From Emiliania huxleyi CCMP1516 (lineage: Eukaryota), in NCBI RefSeq assembly GCF_000372725.1, contig NW_005201851.1:405179-469178 (forward strand): DNA of 64,000 nt, given 5' to 3'. Shown in pieces: positions 22,778-34,145 of the stretch. The first letter of the stretch is position 1; each line of letters opens with the position of its first letter. The notes under the pieces are model-generated. The model searched no databases and was not told where the DNA came from. It saw nothing but the letters and a program-made list of their open reading frames with translations. A program made the translations under genes and the position numbers.

Positions 22778-23804
22778 ATGATGTTGCGGAAGGGTAACCA
22801 CCGTCGGGAGAGTTGTCCGAAGTTCGCCGACGGAGGTAAAGGGTGACGGCCTTCGGCTCAGCGCCCTCGTTCAAGCGCACCACCAAGCTTATGGTTGAAG
22901 GGCTCGGCGAGGTCCGCCTCGTGTGCGAGCGTGAGTCGTCCGAGTCGCTAAAGCTCTATGTCGAGGCGGACGCGAACGCATGGGAGAACCTCGCCGTCGT
23001 TTCGTCCGGCTTCGAGGTGTCCATCATGGCCCCGTCCGGCTGCGATCCCTACAAGCACGCCTTCCTGACATTCGGCGCAGGTGGGCACCCGCCGTGGGAC
23101 GGCCGCCAGTTCAACGGCGAGCGCCCCGGCGGATACGGTGTGCCCCATCTGGACGTGCACTTCTTCGTCGTCACGCCCGCGGAGCGCGAGGCCCTCACCG
23201 GCACCTGCAAGGTCTTCGACCCCGGCCCCGCCGACTCGAAGGGGCAGCTTCTTCAGTGCAACGAGACGGCGCCCGAGACTAGTGCCTTCATGAAGCTCCC
23301 GCCCGCCGAGTACATTACGGGCTTCTCGCACGATGGCGCCTTTGGCGGCCATTCGATCGATTCCACGGCCTTCACCTTGTGCCCGACGACGACCTGGCGC
23401 CCGGCGGGCCCGCGCATTGCGTGAGCACCGGCCCGCACAGCGGCGGTCCAGCCGGGTGGCTCGATTGCCACGAGCAGTTTTTGGGCTCTGTGACGCCAAA
23501 TCCGACGGAGGGCTCCTTCGTCGACAAGGACTGCACTTGCGGCTACTGGGCCGATCAGATCTCTGCCATCGTCAACGTCTACGATGGGCAGGTGCTCGGC
23601 AACGAGGCGATGCCGACCCTCGCCCTCGCAGGCCTCCTGCGCAACGGCGAAGTGCCCAACCCCTTCTACAAGCCGTACCCGCAGGCCGACAAGTACCAGA
23701 CCGCCGGCCACCGACCGGTGAGTGTGATGGCCGCTCTCGACCCAAGCACGGTCACTTTCATGACTGGCCTTGCGCTCCACCCGGAGTACATGGAGGCCAA
23801 CTGA
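22778..23804 (+). pseudogene. DUF5602/TTHB210-like protein, frameshifted
   Basis: GHPP...YGVPHLDVHFF, then in a new frame HGLHLVP...YDGQVLGNEAMPTL...PQADKYQTAGHRP. Frame breaks at ~22842 and ~23360. Confidence 0.55.
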
Positions 23805-24548
23805 GCGCGAGCCGCAGGCCGCGCGACTTGCCGCGCGGACGACGCCCGCCGCGGGCTCCCCTGCGCGCGTCTCCTGCCTGGTGAGACAGTCGGTGAGACC
23901 AAGGGAAAAGAATGGCCAGCGCTGCCGTATTTGCCATTGCACTTAGCTCTTAGGAGGAGGTGCATGACTGGGGCTGGATCCAACATGCTTGATGCTACGA
24001 GCACACGCGTATGTAAAGCTGCTTGCGGTGACTACATGGATCATTGCCATTTGGCCGTTTCTGTCATCGACATCGTGGTCTGGATCCTTCATCCTTTGGT
24101 TCAACATTGGTTTTGAAATTTCAAGACCGACCCTCACCTCTACTCTATTACAGCTGGTGGTCACGGGCACAGCATGAGTTGTGCGGTCGGAGGTGGTGCT
24201 TGCGGTGGAGCATTCAACTGTGCTGGTCCTCCTCTCGGGAATCGGTTCTGTGCCTTCGATCTGTGCCTGTGCTCAGTCGGGAGATCTTGCTCTGGAGGGC
24301 TGCATATCTAGCCTCACTGGGAGCCTGCCTTTGGGTCGTGAGGGCAGGGGCCAGGCATCTCCTGTGCGCTGTGGTGCATTCTTGGCAGCCAAGGAGCAAA
24401 GCACGCGGCCCTGGCTAGCTGTGGTGTGGCCGGGAAGCCGTGCTAAAGTTGCGTGCCCTCCTAAAGATGCGGGACCCACAAGTGCTCCACACTAAATGTA
24501 CTGCAGCTGCCCGCACCTAAAGTGAACTAAATGTGGCGCTAAAACACA

Positions 24549-24626
24549 CTAAATATGTGCTAAATATGTGCTAAATACGTGCTAAATATGTGCTAAATAT
24601 GTGCTAAGTATGTACTAAATTTGTGC
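24549..24626 (+). repeat. 11-bp tandem repeat CTAAATATGTG (~7 copies) in an AT-rich island
   Basis: Seen directly; ACTAAA motifs continue to ~24720. Confidence 0.9.
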
Positions 24627-25190
24627 TCTAAAGATATATACGCACTCGAACACACACTAAAAATAGCGCACTATCCACTAAACTATCACTAAATCTAAAA
24701 TTCATTTACACGCACTAAAAATTAAGACCCCCAGAGGCGCCCTCCTCATAGCGGGGAGAGCATCAGCGATCACAGGGTGGGGGCGGAGCGAGACGGGCTG
24801 ACGGGGCTCGGGGGAGACGAGGGAACTCGCTACTCCTCGGAAATCAAGTGAATTCCGTTCATATATACACAACACGCCTCTCTCTCCGTGTCAGTATCAC
24901 GGCCGACCCACAAAACTCTCGTAGACGTGCGCTGCGTGCGCGCGCGCGGAGACAAGGGACACGCGGACAGACGGAGCGCCGCAATACCAATACTAACGAA
25001 TCCCTCACAGGTCACAGACGACAAACCAGAGGTCACGATACGCCCTTGCACAGTCCACAGGAGAGCGTCCCCCTTCCCCGAAGAGCGAGCCCTCTGCGGG
25101 CATTGTCCGCGCCCCGCACGCCGCCGCCTCGAGAGGCGAGGCGGCGAGGCGCACGCGCGAGGGGAGGGGGGGGGGGTGCGAGCCAGCCAC

Positions 25191-28047
25191 TCACTCGAAG
25201 GTGACGGCGAGACGCATGCCGAAGTAGGCGGTGGCGACGTAGTAGGCGAGGTACGCGAGGAGGGCGACGGCGACGGCCGGCGAGCGGTGCACGTTGACGG
25301 CCTTGTCGAAGGTCCACATCCCAAAGAGCTTGACGAGGAACTGCCTACGCGGCGAGGGGCTCCGAGCCGGTGATCAGGCCGCGAGCGAGAGCGAAGCGGA
25401 GCGGAAGGGGGGGGGGGGGGGGCTGCTTGTGCGGCGCGTAGGGCGGGAAGCGCGCGGCGAGCAGCGGCTTGAGGACCGTGTACTCGTCGACGGCGGGCGA
25501 GCGCGAGAGGACGGCCTAGACGGGGAGGCTCAAGAGACTTGCTGGCGGGGGCCCGCAGAGAGGCGGGGGCGAGAGGCGAGAGGACGCGGCCTTCTCGTGC
25601 GTAAAGGCGAGGAAGGAGCGGTGCGCGTGGTACGAGCCCATCCCCGACGCGCCTGGCCTCGGGCGAGCTCGGGTCAGCTCGGGTGTGTCTCGGCCGATCT
25701 CGGCGTCTCTCGAGCCCATCCCGGACGCGCCGACGCCGCCGAAGGGAAGGTCGTGGTTGGCGATGTGCATGACGCAGTCGTTGATGCAGAGCCCGCCAGA
25801 GGTGGTGCGCCTGGGGGAGGGAGGGGGGGTGGCGGTCGCGCGAGCCCGTGGCAAAGACTCGCCGCTTGACGTCCCCCGGCGGCACATCTCGGGCTCATCT
25901 CGGGCTCATCTCGGGCTCATCTCGGGCTCATCTCGGGCTCATCTCGGGCGCGCCGCTTGACATCCTCCACCACCGCCGAGTCGGTCGCGAAGCAGTAGAG
26001 CGCGAGCGGCTTGCCCGTGGGGAGCGCCTTGACGAAGCTGACAACCGCCTCGAGGTCCGAGTAGCGGCAGACGGGCAGGATCGGCCCGAAGAGCTCGTCC
26101 TGCATCGCCTCGCAGCTGGAAAAGGCGCGCCAGTCGCCGCCGTAGTCGAGGACCGTCGGCTCGATGTAGCGCTCCGCCGCGTCGGTCCGCCCGCCAGAGT
26201 AGACGACGCTGGGGGGCGCGCCGCGCACGATCGCCTCGAGGCGCTTGAAGGCGCGCTCGTTGACGCAGCGGCCGAACCACTCGCTCTTTTGCGGGTCTGC
26301 GCCGTAGAACTCCTTGATGGTCGCCTGGAGGGGGAGGGAGGAGGGTGTGTGTGTCCGTGTGAAGCGTCTGTGAAGCGTCTGCGGAGTGTCTATGGTGTGT
26401 CTGCGGAGTGTCTATGGTGTGTCTGTGGAGTGTCTGCGGAGTGTCTGTGGTGTGTGTCTGTGGGGCGTCTGCGGAGTGTCTATGGTGTGTCTGTAGAGTT
26501 GTGTCTGTGGGGGTGTCGCCTTGAGCAGCTTGAGGAAGGGCTCGGCCACCGCCTCGTGCACCAGCAGAAAGTCGGGCCGGATGCAGGTCTGGCCGCCTAG
26601 AGGGAAGGGACGCGCCTTCTCTGCGACTCACCGCGCGTGGGAGACCGCCGGACGACGCCCTCCGCCCGCCGTTGATGAAGGTGCCCCAGACCTGAGCAGC
26701 AGGGGAGGGGCGGCGGGGTGGGAGGGTGGGGCGCTCGCGGCATCGTGTGTTCGTGTGCTCGGCAGGGGCGGGAGTGAGGCGGCGGAGCAGAAGTGTGGCC
26801 ACGTGTCTCCTCGAGCGCCCTCTCTCTCGTTGACAGGGAGGCGCACCCTTCTCCCGCGCTAGTCTGGATGCAGATGCCGGTAGGCGCCACTCTCCGCGCG
26901 GGCGCGGGTTCGGACTCACGCAGGTACAGGTGGGGGTGCATCTACCGCGCGGACGAGGCGGCGGGCGGCGTGGCCGAGGTCGGCCGAGCGGTCGACGATG
27001 GCGGGGGACTTGCCGCCCAGCTCGAGCAGGCAGGGGGTGAAGTGCTTGGCGGCCGCCTGGTGGTGATCTGGTGGTGATGCTGGTGGTGCTGGCGTACTTG
27101 CTTCAGAAGGAGTGACACACGGCTCGAGGGGTCACTCCTTCTGAAGCGAGGGGGGGGGGGGGGGCGAAAGAGGGGGGAGGGGAGGAGGGGAGAGGAGGGG
27201 AGGAGGGCGGGGCGGTGGTGCGAAGGGAGGTGCGAGCGGAGGTGCAGACGCAGGGGCGATCGGGCTGGCGCCTGCAGGATCTTCCCCACGAGGTGTCTAG
27301 GAGGTGTCTAGGAAGTGTCTAGGAAGGCGCCTGCAGGATGATCTTCCCCACGAAGCCCGAGCCCGTGAAGAAGATTTTGTCAAACCGCTGGTCGAGAAGC
27401 GCCGTCGTCACCTCGCGGTCTCCCTCGGCGACGACGATGGCGGCGGGGTCGAGGTACTGCTGAACGAGCCGCGAGATGACGTGCGAGGTGGCCGGCGCGT
27501 ACGAGCCCGGCTTGAGCAGCGCGCAGTTGCCGCCCGCGATTGCGCCGACCAGAGGCGCAAAGCACATCTGGACCGGGTAGTTCCACGGCCCCATGATGAG
27601 GACGACGCCGAGCGGGTCGTGGACGGTGTACGAGCGCGCGGCGGTGTTGAGCGCGGCGGTGTCCGTGTAGTGCCGCGCCATCCACTCGCCCAGGTGGGAG
27701 AGCGCCGTCTCGATCTCCTTTTCGACGAGGCCCATCTCGGTCGAGTACGCCTCAAACGCCGACTTGTGCAGGTCCTCGTACATGGCGTCGCAGAGCTCCT
27801 GGTTGCCCTCTCTGAGGAGCCGCCGCAGTGCGTGCAGCTGGCCCACGCGCCACTCCTTTGAGAAGGTGTGCTCCGACGCAAACGTCCGGCGGAGCGCCTC
27901 CATCGCCGGCACAATGTCGGCCGCGCCGAGCGAGCCAGAGTGAGGCTTTCCGAAGGCGGACTTCTTGCCCCACTTCTCGTAGCGGTCGATGTTGGACTTG
28001 GGGTCGCTCCCCTCGACGGGGAAGGCCTCGCTGCGGGTGGTCGGCAT
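25191..28047 (-). CDS. ALDH3: Aldehyde dehydrogenase family 3 (fatty-aldehyde dehydrogenase-like, C-terminal TM helix), ~9 exons
   Basis: [42 protein letters not shown] (catalytic Cys), [29 protein letters not shown]; hydrophobic tail [19 protein letters not shown]. Confidence 0.92.
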
Positions 28048-28885
28048 CCTGAGCCCTGGTTGATGAGAGGAGACTTGTCCGTGGAGGAGCAGCTAACTAA
28101 ACCCGATTTCTTTTACTTTTCCACGAGCGAAAGAACAAACAACTCATGCGGCAGAGAGGCAACGCACGAAAAGAATTCCCGGTTTGAAGATTTGTTTTAT
28201 CGTTTTTCACTGCGCCCTCTGTTGTGTGTTGAGCACTTGAGCACTGGATAGGGTCGATTCCGCGTGGTACGGGACCCCTCCCTCGTGCCTCGATCGTCTC
28301 GCCCTCCCTCGCCCTCTGTTCATTTGCGAGAGATTCTCCCGCTTTCTGTTCATTTGCGAGAGATTCTCCCGCCATTCTCTCGCTCGCCATTCTTCCTCCG
28401 TTCAGATGTAATTCGCCCGCTTTTCAAATACATTTTGTGGCGCTTTCAAGAGATTTTTACCGCAAATTTAGTGCTCTTCATGGCAGTTTAAGGCAAGCGT
28501 GCCTTATCCTGGGACCTGGCTGGGTCCGGCCGGCGTGGTCGGGAGCCCTCGACTCCTCGGCGAGCTCTTTCCTGCCTCAATGACATTGCAACAATGAGTG
28601 CGAATCAGTGGACAGTGCGTCTTACTTAGTCCTTACTTAGCTGTCGAGAGCACGTCTTGCTACTAACTATGCACGACAACAAAACTCCCTCGCGCGCTTA
28701 ACGGGGTGAATTCTTCTTCCGCGTTTCGTGGCCATACCCACAGGGCCCCCCAGCACATCGCCATGATCACGCAAGCGGAGGATCATCTGCCCTCGAGAGA
28801 AGACAATACCGCTGAGGACTCGGAAGCGGTGAGCAATGGCCCCGTGAGCAGTGCGTTGCACCAACGATGTGTCATTTCTTACCGC

Positions 28886-30397
28886 ATGAAGTCCGCGCGA
28901 AGGCTATTTGGCAGCGTCGCGTTTGCATCGTTTGCTGCCTTCTTGCTCGTGAGTCGTCTTGCATTACAACCTGGAGAAGCTTTGAGACCCCCATTGTCGC
29001 CTTCGCTTTTACCGCCACCTCAGGAGCTCCCGCCGCCGTCTACACCGGCGTCACCACTGCAGCGTCAGCGCATGCAACCACCGTTGCCGAACACCACGTT
29101 GCTGCGCGTGCCGCCTGCGCCTTCGCCACCAGCGTTGCCGCCGCCCGAGCCCGTTAGCTCGTGCGACGCGTGGGACCATGCAGCTCCACCGACGGCCGCA
29201 GCATTGGACCCGCAGACACAGTGGGTGGTTGTGAGCCTCCCGCTGATCGGCCTTGGAGATTACCTTGCAGGTTTGCTGTCCGCTTACATGCTGGCGGCGG
29301 CGACGCAGCGCCACTTGTACATCGAGACGCCATTTAGAGGCCCGTTTGTCTCCTTCGCGCCGTACGAAGTTCCGCCGCCGGTTGGATTGCCATCCATCGG
29401 AGAGAAGGGCAAGCCCACGTGGTGGAAGGGCACGCGGCAGGTCTTTCATGGTCACGGCGGCGAGGCGGGGACGGGCTGCTTTCCCTTGAGCCTGATCAAC
29501 CTTTCAGCACCCGTGCTGATCAATCCGGTGCCGCGCAATAGGGCGTGCGCCAAGGCTTGGCTGGCCGACCTCGAGACGCTCGGCTTGTGGCAACGGCTGG
29601 TTCCCGGTGTGGAGCCGGCGAGCCTAGAGACGCGCGCCGCCTTCGTGTACGGATGCGTGCTGCGATCCCTCTTCAAGCCCTTGCCCGCCGTTACTCGGCT
29701 TTTCCCGGAGCACCCATCGACACGCGCGCGTACGCGCACGCGTGTTGTCGCCGTCCACCTCCGCTACGGCGACCGCTTCATAAAGGACGGGCAGAGCGCC
29801 GCCTCGCGAGGCTCCAGCTGCCCGAGCTCCTCGCCGGAGTGGCAGCGGGAGATCTCGGCCCTTGCGAGGCAGCTGCTCGACTGGACGTCGCTGCCGCCCT
29901 CTCGCATCACGACGTTCCGGCTCGAGTCGGACGATCCGTGCGTACGCTCGGCGCTCGCCACCGAGTTGACTGGCCATCCCAACATGTTCGTCGCGCCAGC
30001 GATCGCCCTGCCGGTGCATCTCACGACGAGCCGCGTCTCCTCCACGGACGAGGCGGCGCAGCTCGCCGCCTGGTTTGCCTTTGCGGACTCGGACGAGTTT
30101 GTCTTCAAGCTCTTTTGCCTGCCGACCGGGACACGCCTCTCGAGCTGGTCGAGCATGGCGATGCTCCGCAGTGGGCGCGACCAGTTCCACCTGCTCTGCG
30201 CCGATGCCATTCACGAGTCTCACGGCTGCCACGCGACGCAGGCTCCGGAGCCGTCCGTGCGCGCTGGCCCCTACGTCGCCAGCTGCAACATCACGGCAGC
30301 CAACTCGCTCGCACTCGGCGCGGGCCACACGACGCGCCATGCGGTCGCCGCGTCGACGGCCGCTGGTCAGCTGTGGTCGATGGCCAACTTTGTGTGA
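28886..30397 (+). CDS. Type II membrane glycosyltransferase, fucosyltransferase-like (NodZ/GT23/GT11-type motifs)
   Basis: N-terminal TM, Pro-rich stem, GLGDYLAGLLSAYMLA, VVAVHLRYGD, FRLESDD, SSWSSMA. Confidence 0.6.
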   Translation: MKSARRLFGSVAFASFAAFLLVSRLALQPGEALRPPLSPSLLPPPQELPPPSTPASPLQRQRMQPPLPNTTLLRVPPAPSPPALPPPEPVSSCDAWDHAAPPTAAALDPQTQWVVVSLPLIGLGDYLAGLLSAYMLAAATQRHLYIETPFRGPFVSFAPYEVPPPVGLPSIGEKGKPTWWKGTRQVFHGHGGEAGTGCFPLSLINLSAPVLINPVPRNRACAKAWLADLETLGLWQRLVPGVEPASLETRAAFVYGCVLRSLFKPLPAVTRLFPEHPSTRARTRTRVVAVHLRYGDRFIKDGQSAASRGSSCPSSSPEWQREISALARQLLDWTSLPPSRITTFRLESDDPCVRSALATELTGHPNMFVAPAIALPVHLTTSRVSSTDEAAQLAAWFAFADSDEFVFKLFCLPTGTRLSSWSSMAMLRSGRDQFHLLCADAIHESHGCHATQAPEPSVRAGPYVASCNITAANSLALGAGHTTRHAVAASTAAGQLWSMANFV

Positions 30398-30855
30398 GGA
30401 AGGACTCAGGTGTCCGAGCTGCGCGTATCGCTGCCGTACAGTATCGATGCTCGTGTAACGAGTCTTGTTTGAGCCCGACAGCCCGACCAGCCTGACAGCC
30501 CGACCAGCCCGACAGCAGCCCAGACCGTACACAGACCGTACAGTCTTGTGCCCCATGAGGGTATAACAGAATATTATACATGCAAATGTGGGAGCTGTCT
30601 GCGGGGGGAGTGGGTATGTGAGTTTTTTTGCCAGTTTTCCAGGTTGTCGAGAGGGGTTCTACTGTACTCTACCCATACCTCGACCGTTCCAATCGAGCGC
30701 TCAGCAGATCACGGCAGATCACGGCCGGTCGAAGCGCGAAGTTCGCCTTCGCGTCCCCGTCCGATTTGCGGTTTCACGCTTCACTGCGGTTGTCGTGAAC
30801 ACATCGTGGGGACTCCGTATCTCATCATATCCACGTGTATCTCCTGGTATCTCCC

Positions 30856-33584
30856 GGAGCGATTCTAAGATCAGGTCTGGCACCTCCCCACTGGAAACGA
30901 ACATCTGAGTTTCAAATCTCGAATAAATCTCGAAACACACTTGAATGCTCACTTGGCAGGTAACATATGCGCCACGCGCCCCAACCGCTGCTCTGGTCGC
31001 CGCCGGCCTCCGCGGCGGCGGCGATGTCCCAGCGCCACCCATCGGCCAGCCCTCAGATCGATCGATCGGCGCTCAAAGTCGGCTTCAGATCCGAGAACGC
31101 TGCTGGCGCCGCCGCCGATCCCAGCGGCGACGCCAGCAGCTTCCTCTGCTCTCCAATGCGCCGAGAAGCGACGCGGGGGTGCTCGGCCCGCCGTGGACGT
31201 CGAAGGCTCCGCCGGGCGCGCGTCGGCCGGTCCGGTGGCACCCTCTGCGCGCGGCACCTGCCGGCGCCCCGACGACAGCCGTCGCGCCACCGCTCATGGA
31301 GGGGCGGTCGGCGCCGCTGCCGCCGCGCCGCCGGTGGGAGGGGCACTGGTGGTGGCCTGGGCGGCCCTCCGCCGCCGCTCGGGGCGCCCGGGCAGCGGTG
31401 GCAGCCTGCCGCCGCACCACTTCGAAATGCCCGCTGCAGTCTGGGAATACCTGGGTTGAGCGCGCCGTTTTGAGTGGCCGATTTCGCCCTCGACCCGGTC
31501 GCCGCCGATGGCTCGCGTTGTGCGGGTCCAGCGCCGCGGCCAGCCAGCGACACCCTCGCCGGCGGCCGGGCGGGTGCGGACGCGAGCTGAGTGCGAGGTA
31601 TCGCCGCTGTTTGAGCTCACCTCTGCCGACGGCGGTGCGCCGAGAGAGCCGCGCCCGGCTGACGCCGCGAGTCGGCCAGTAGTTTGCGAAGATAACATTC
31701 GACAATGGCGACGAGACTTGGAATTTGGCCGCTCTACTACATTTACTCAGCACCTGTGCGCTCACAATACCCGCCCCGACGCGCCCTGCCTCGTAGGTGA
31801 GGCTGAGCCGGACGCAGCGCCGCTCGCGCTGCGCGCGCCAAGGATACAGCGGCCTCGGCCGCCGAGGGAGGCGCCAAGTCAGGGCGCAGTCGGGCACGTG
31901 CCCAACCTGGCGCCAAATTGTTGGCCGGGCCCCCGGCCCGCCAAGGCGTGTTAATCGGGGAAAATCCGCCGTCAAACGAGCTCCTCTTCGCGCTCTCAGA
32001 GCGCCATCCGCTCTCCATCCGGTGCGGGCTGGCCGCACACTTCTCTCCTCCCTCCTCTCTCCTCGCTACCCTCCCCTCGCCCAGGCTCGCCTCATGAGTG
32101 GCCGCGGTTGTCGCCGGTGCTCGCCCGCGACGCGTCGCTCCGTCCCACGTCGCAGGCCAGGCAAACAGGACTGGCTCGTCGACGGGAGTGCCAACGTGCG
32201 GATACCACACACAGGGCTTTCGACTCGTGATGCCTATCGTGTGCTGCTAGAGGAATGGGGAGCGCGCCAGCGGGGCTCGCTTTTTTCTAGGAGCAACAAC
32301 ATCGCCATTCGATTGCTATATTTTTCAAGCCCCCTGTACGAGAACCGTGCCGACCTGGAGCCACTTGCCGCGCGTGCCCCGCCCGGTGACACAAGTGCTC
32401 CATTCTCAGCTGTGGGCGCGGCCGTGTGCGCGCGCGTGGAGGCACGCATGGAACGTGCAAAGCGACTGCGCATCAAGACGCGGCGGGAGAGAGTGTAGTG
32501 CAAAATCATCGCAGTCACGCGATCACGGATACGTGTGTGCACAAAAAAAGCACAGGCGGAACTACATGCACAAGTGACCGTAATGGCCGTCGCGAACGGA
32601 ACGACACGCGAGCCCGGACGCAAGCGTGCGCGTGTCGTCCCGCCACGCTGCGGCGAAAACTCGGCTGGCGCAGTAATCGCCGCAGTAATCGCCGCTCCAC
32701 GACCGGGCGGCCTCGTCTCTTGACGGGGAAGAGCCGCCTGCCGGTCGAGAGTGGGCGATGAGGCGAGAGCGAGAGACGCGCGCACGCGGCGGCGCGCGCA
32801 CGCGGCGCGCGGGTCCGCACAGGAGCGCGTGACAGCGACGGCGCCCTCGCTCCGGTACCTGCGAGGCACAGGTATCGTTGGTGCGTGCTGCCGTGCCGCT
32901 GCGGCGACGAGGGCCGCCGCTATCCGCTGCAGGCGCGCCGTGACGGTGCCGAGGCGGGCCAGGCAAGCGTGGCGCGGTGACGGGAGGGCGGGCGGTGGAT
33001 CGGGGCGGCTCTGGGTCGCGCGGCGGGGCGGCGGCTCGCACGGGCGACGGCGAGAGAGGCGCACCGGAGAGCGGTATCAAAGCTCGAAGATAACACTTGA
33101 ACTGGCCGCTGTCGAGCTGGCCGGGCGTGCCTCGGACGCCCAACTATCGGATGGACCGGCCTCTACCCGCGCCCCGGCGACGTGCCACCTGCGAAAGCGG
33201 CGCAAAGGCGGTGTCGTCCGAAAGGCGCTTGCGCGGCTGTTGCGCAGGCCGCGGTGCGTCCTGACGCGGACTGTGCGTGCTCCGTGGCGGGTGCGTGGTA
33301 CGAGGCGGGCACTCGAGCTTACCCGGGGCAATTTCCGTCACATGCGGGCGCGTGCGGGCGGCCGCAAGCTCACCGTCCACTCAAAAGCCTCCATCGCGCT
33401 GACCCAGGTATTCCCAGACTGCTGACCACTTCGAAATGCCCGCTCAGGCGGCCCGCGGCCGGCGCTATTCTTTTTTCTACAAAGCAAAATTCGAGCCAAT
33501 GGAGGAAACTCAAGCGGGCAGGCTGGAAGCACTGAGGGACGGCCGATGTTCGCCCAGTGCCAGACCTGATTTTAGAATCGCTCC
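30856..33584. mobile_element. Non-autonomous TIR element (outer), 28-bp TIRs, ~10-bp flanking direct repeat GGTATCTCCC
   Basis: GGAGCGATTCTAAGATCAGGTCTGGCAC (30856-30883) vs inverted copy 33557-33584 (1 mismatch); DR at 30846-30855 and 33587-33596. Confidence 0.75.
31436..33422. mobile_element. Nested TIR element (inner) flanked by an 18-20-bp direct repeat
   Basis: TIR GCAGTCTGGGAATACCTGGGT(TG/C)AGCGCG at 31436-31464 and inverted at 33395-33422; ACCACTTCGAAATGCCCGCT at 31416-31435 and 33425-33444. Confidence 0.75.
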
Positions 33585-33924
33585 CCGGTATCTCCCAGGA
33601 GTTGTGTTGACTGTTGTCTTCACACCGTGTCGGGAGGTGTCCGCGACGAGGGGTCGCGACACACATCTCGCACGCGAGGTCGAACCATGTCCTCTTCTCC
33701 TTATTTCTTCACTTTCCTGAACGCCTTGCCTATCATCATGGTTGCAACTAAAAAGACCTCCAAGCCCTGGGAGCCCTCCCCTTACTATTTACAACCCAGG
33801 CGCTCACGATTCACGTGACAGGCGAGGCGCGGGCGACGGCTTCCTCAGAGAAAGAGAAAAGTATTATCCTAACGGTGTGGGGGCGCGGAGGGCTTGTCGG
33901 CGAGCCAAAATGGTGTTTTCCGAG

Positions 33925-34046
33925 GCGCTGCGCTAGGCTCAGAGCGAGTTCACAGCGCTAGGCTCAGAGCGAGTTCGCGCTGCGCTAGGCTCAGACGGCG
34001 AGTTCGCGCTGCGCTAGGCTCACAGATGGCGAGTGCGCTGCGATAG
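33925..34046 (+). repeat. Tandem repeat GCGCTAGGCTCAGAGCGAGTTC-like, ~4 copies (25-30-bp unit)
   Basis: Seen directly upstream of the 34146 ORF. Confidence 0.85.
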
Positions 34047-34145
34047 ATTTGCGCTGCGATGAAAAGACCCCGTTATAGGAGCCGATAACCCAGAGGAAAA
34101 GCGGCGTTTTCTTCTTGCGTCCAACTCCGGCAGTTGGCCTCCAGC

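Noticed and set aside
33925..34046. CRISPR-like repeats
   Set aside because: Near head-to-tail units without unique spacers; an ordinary minisatellite.
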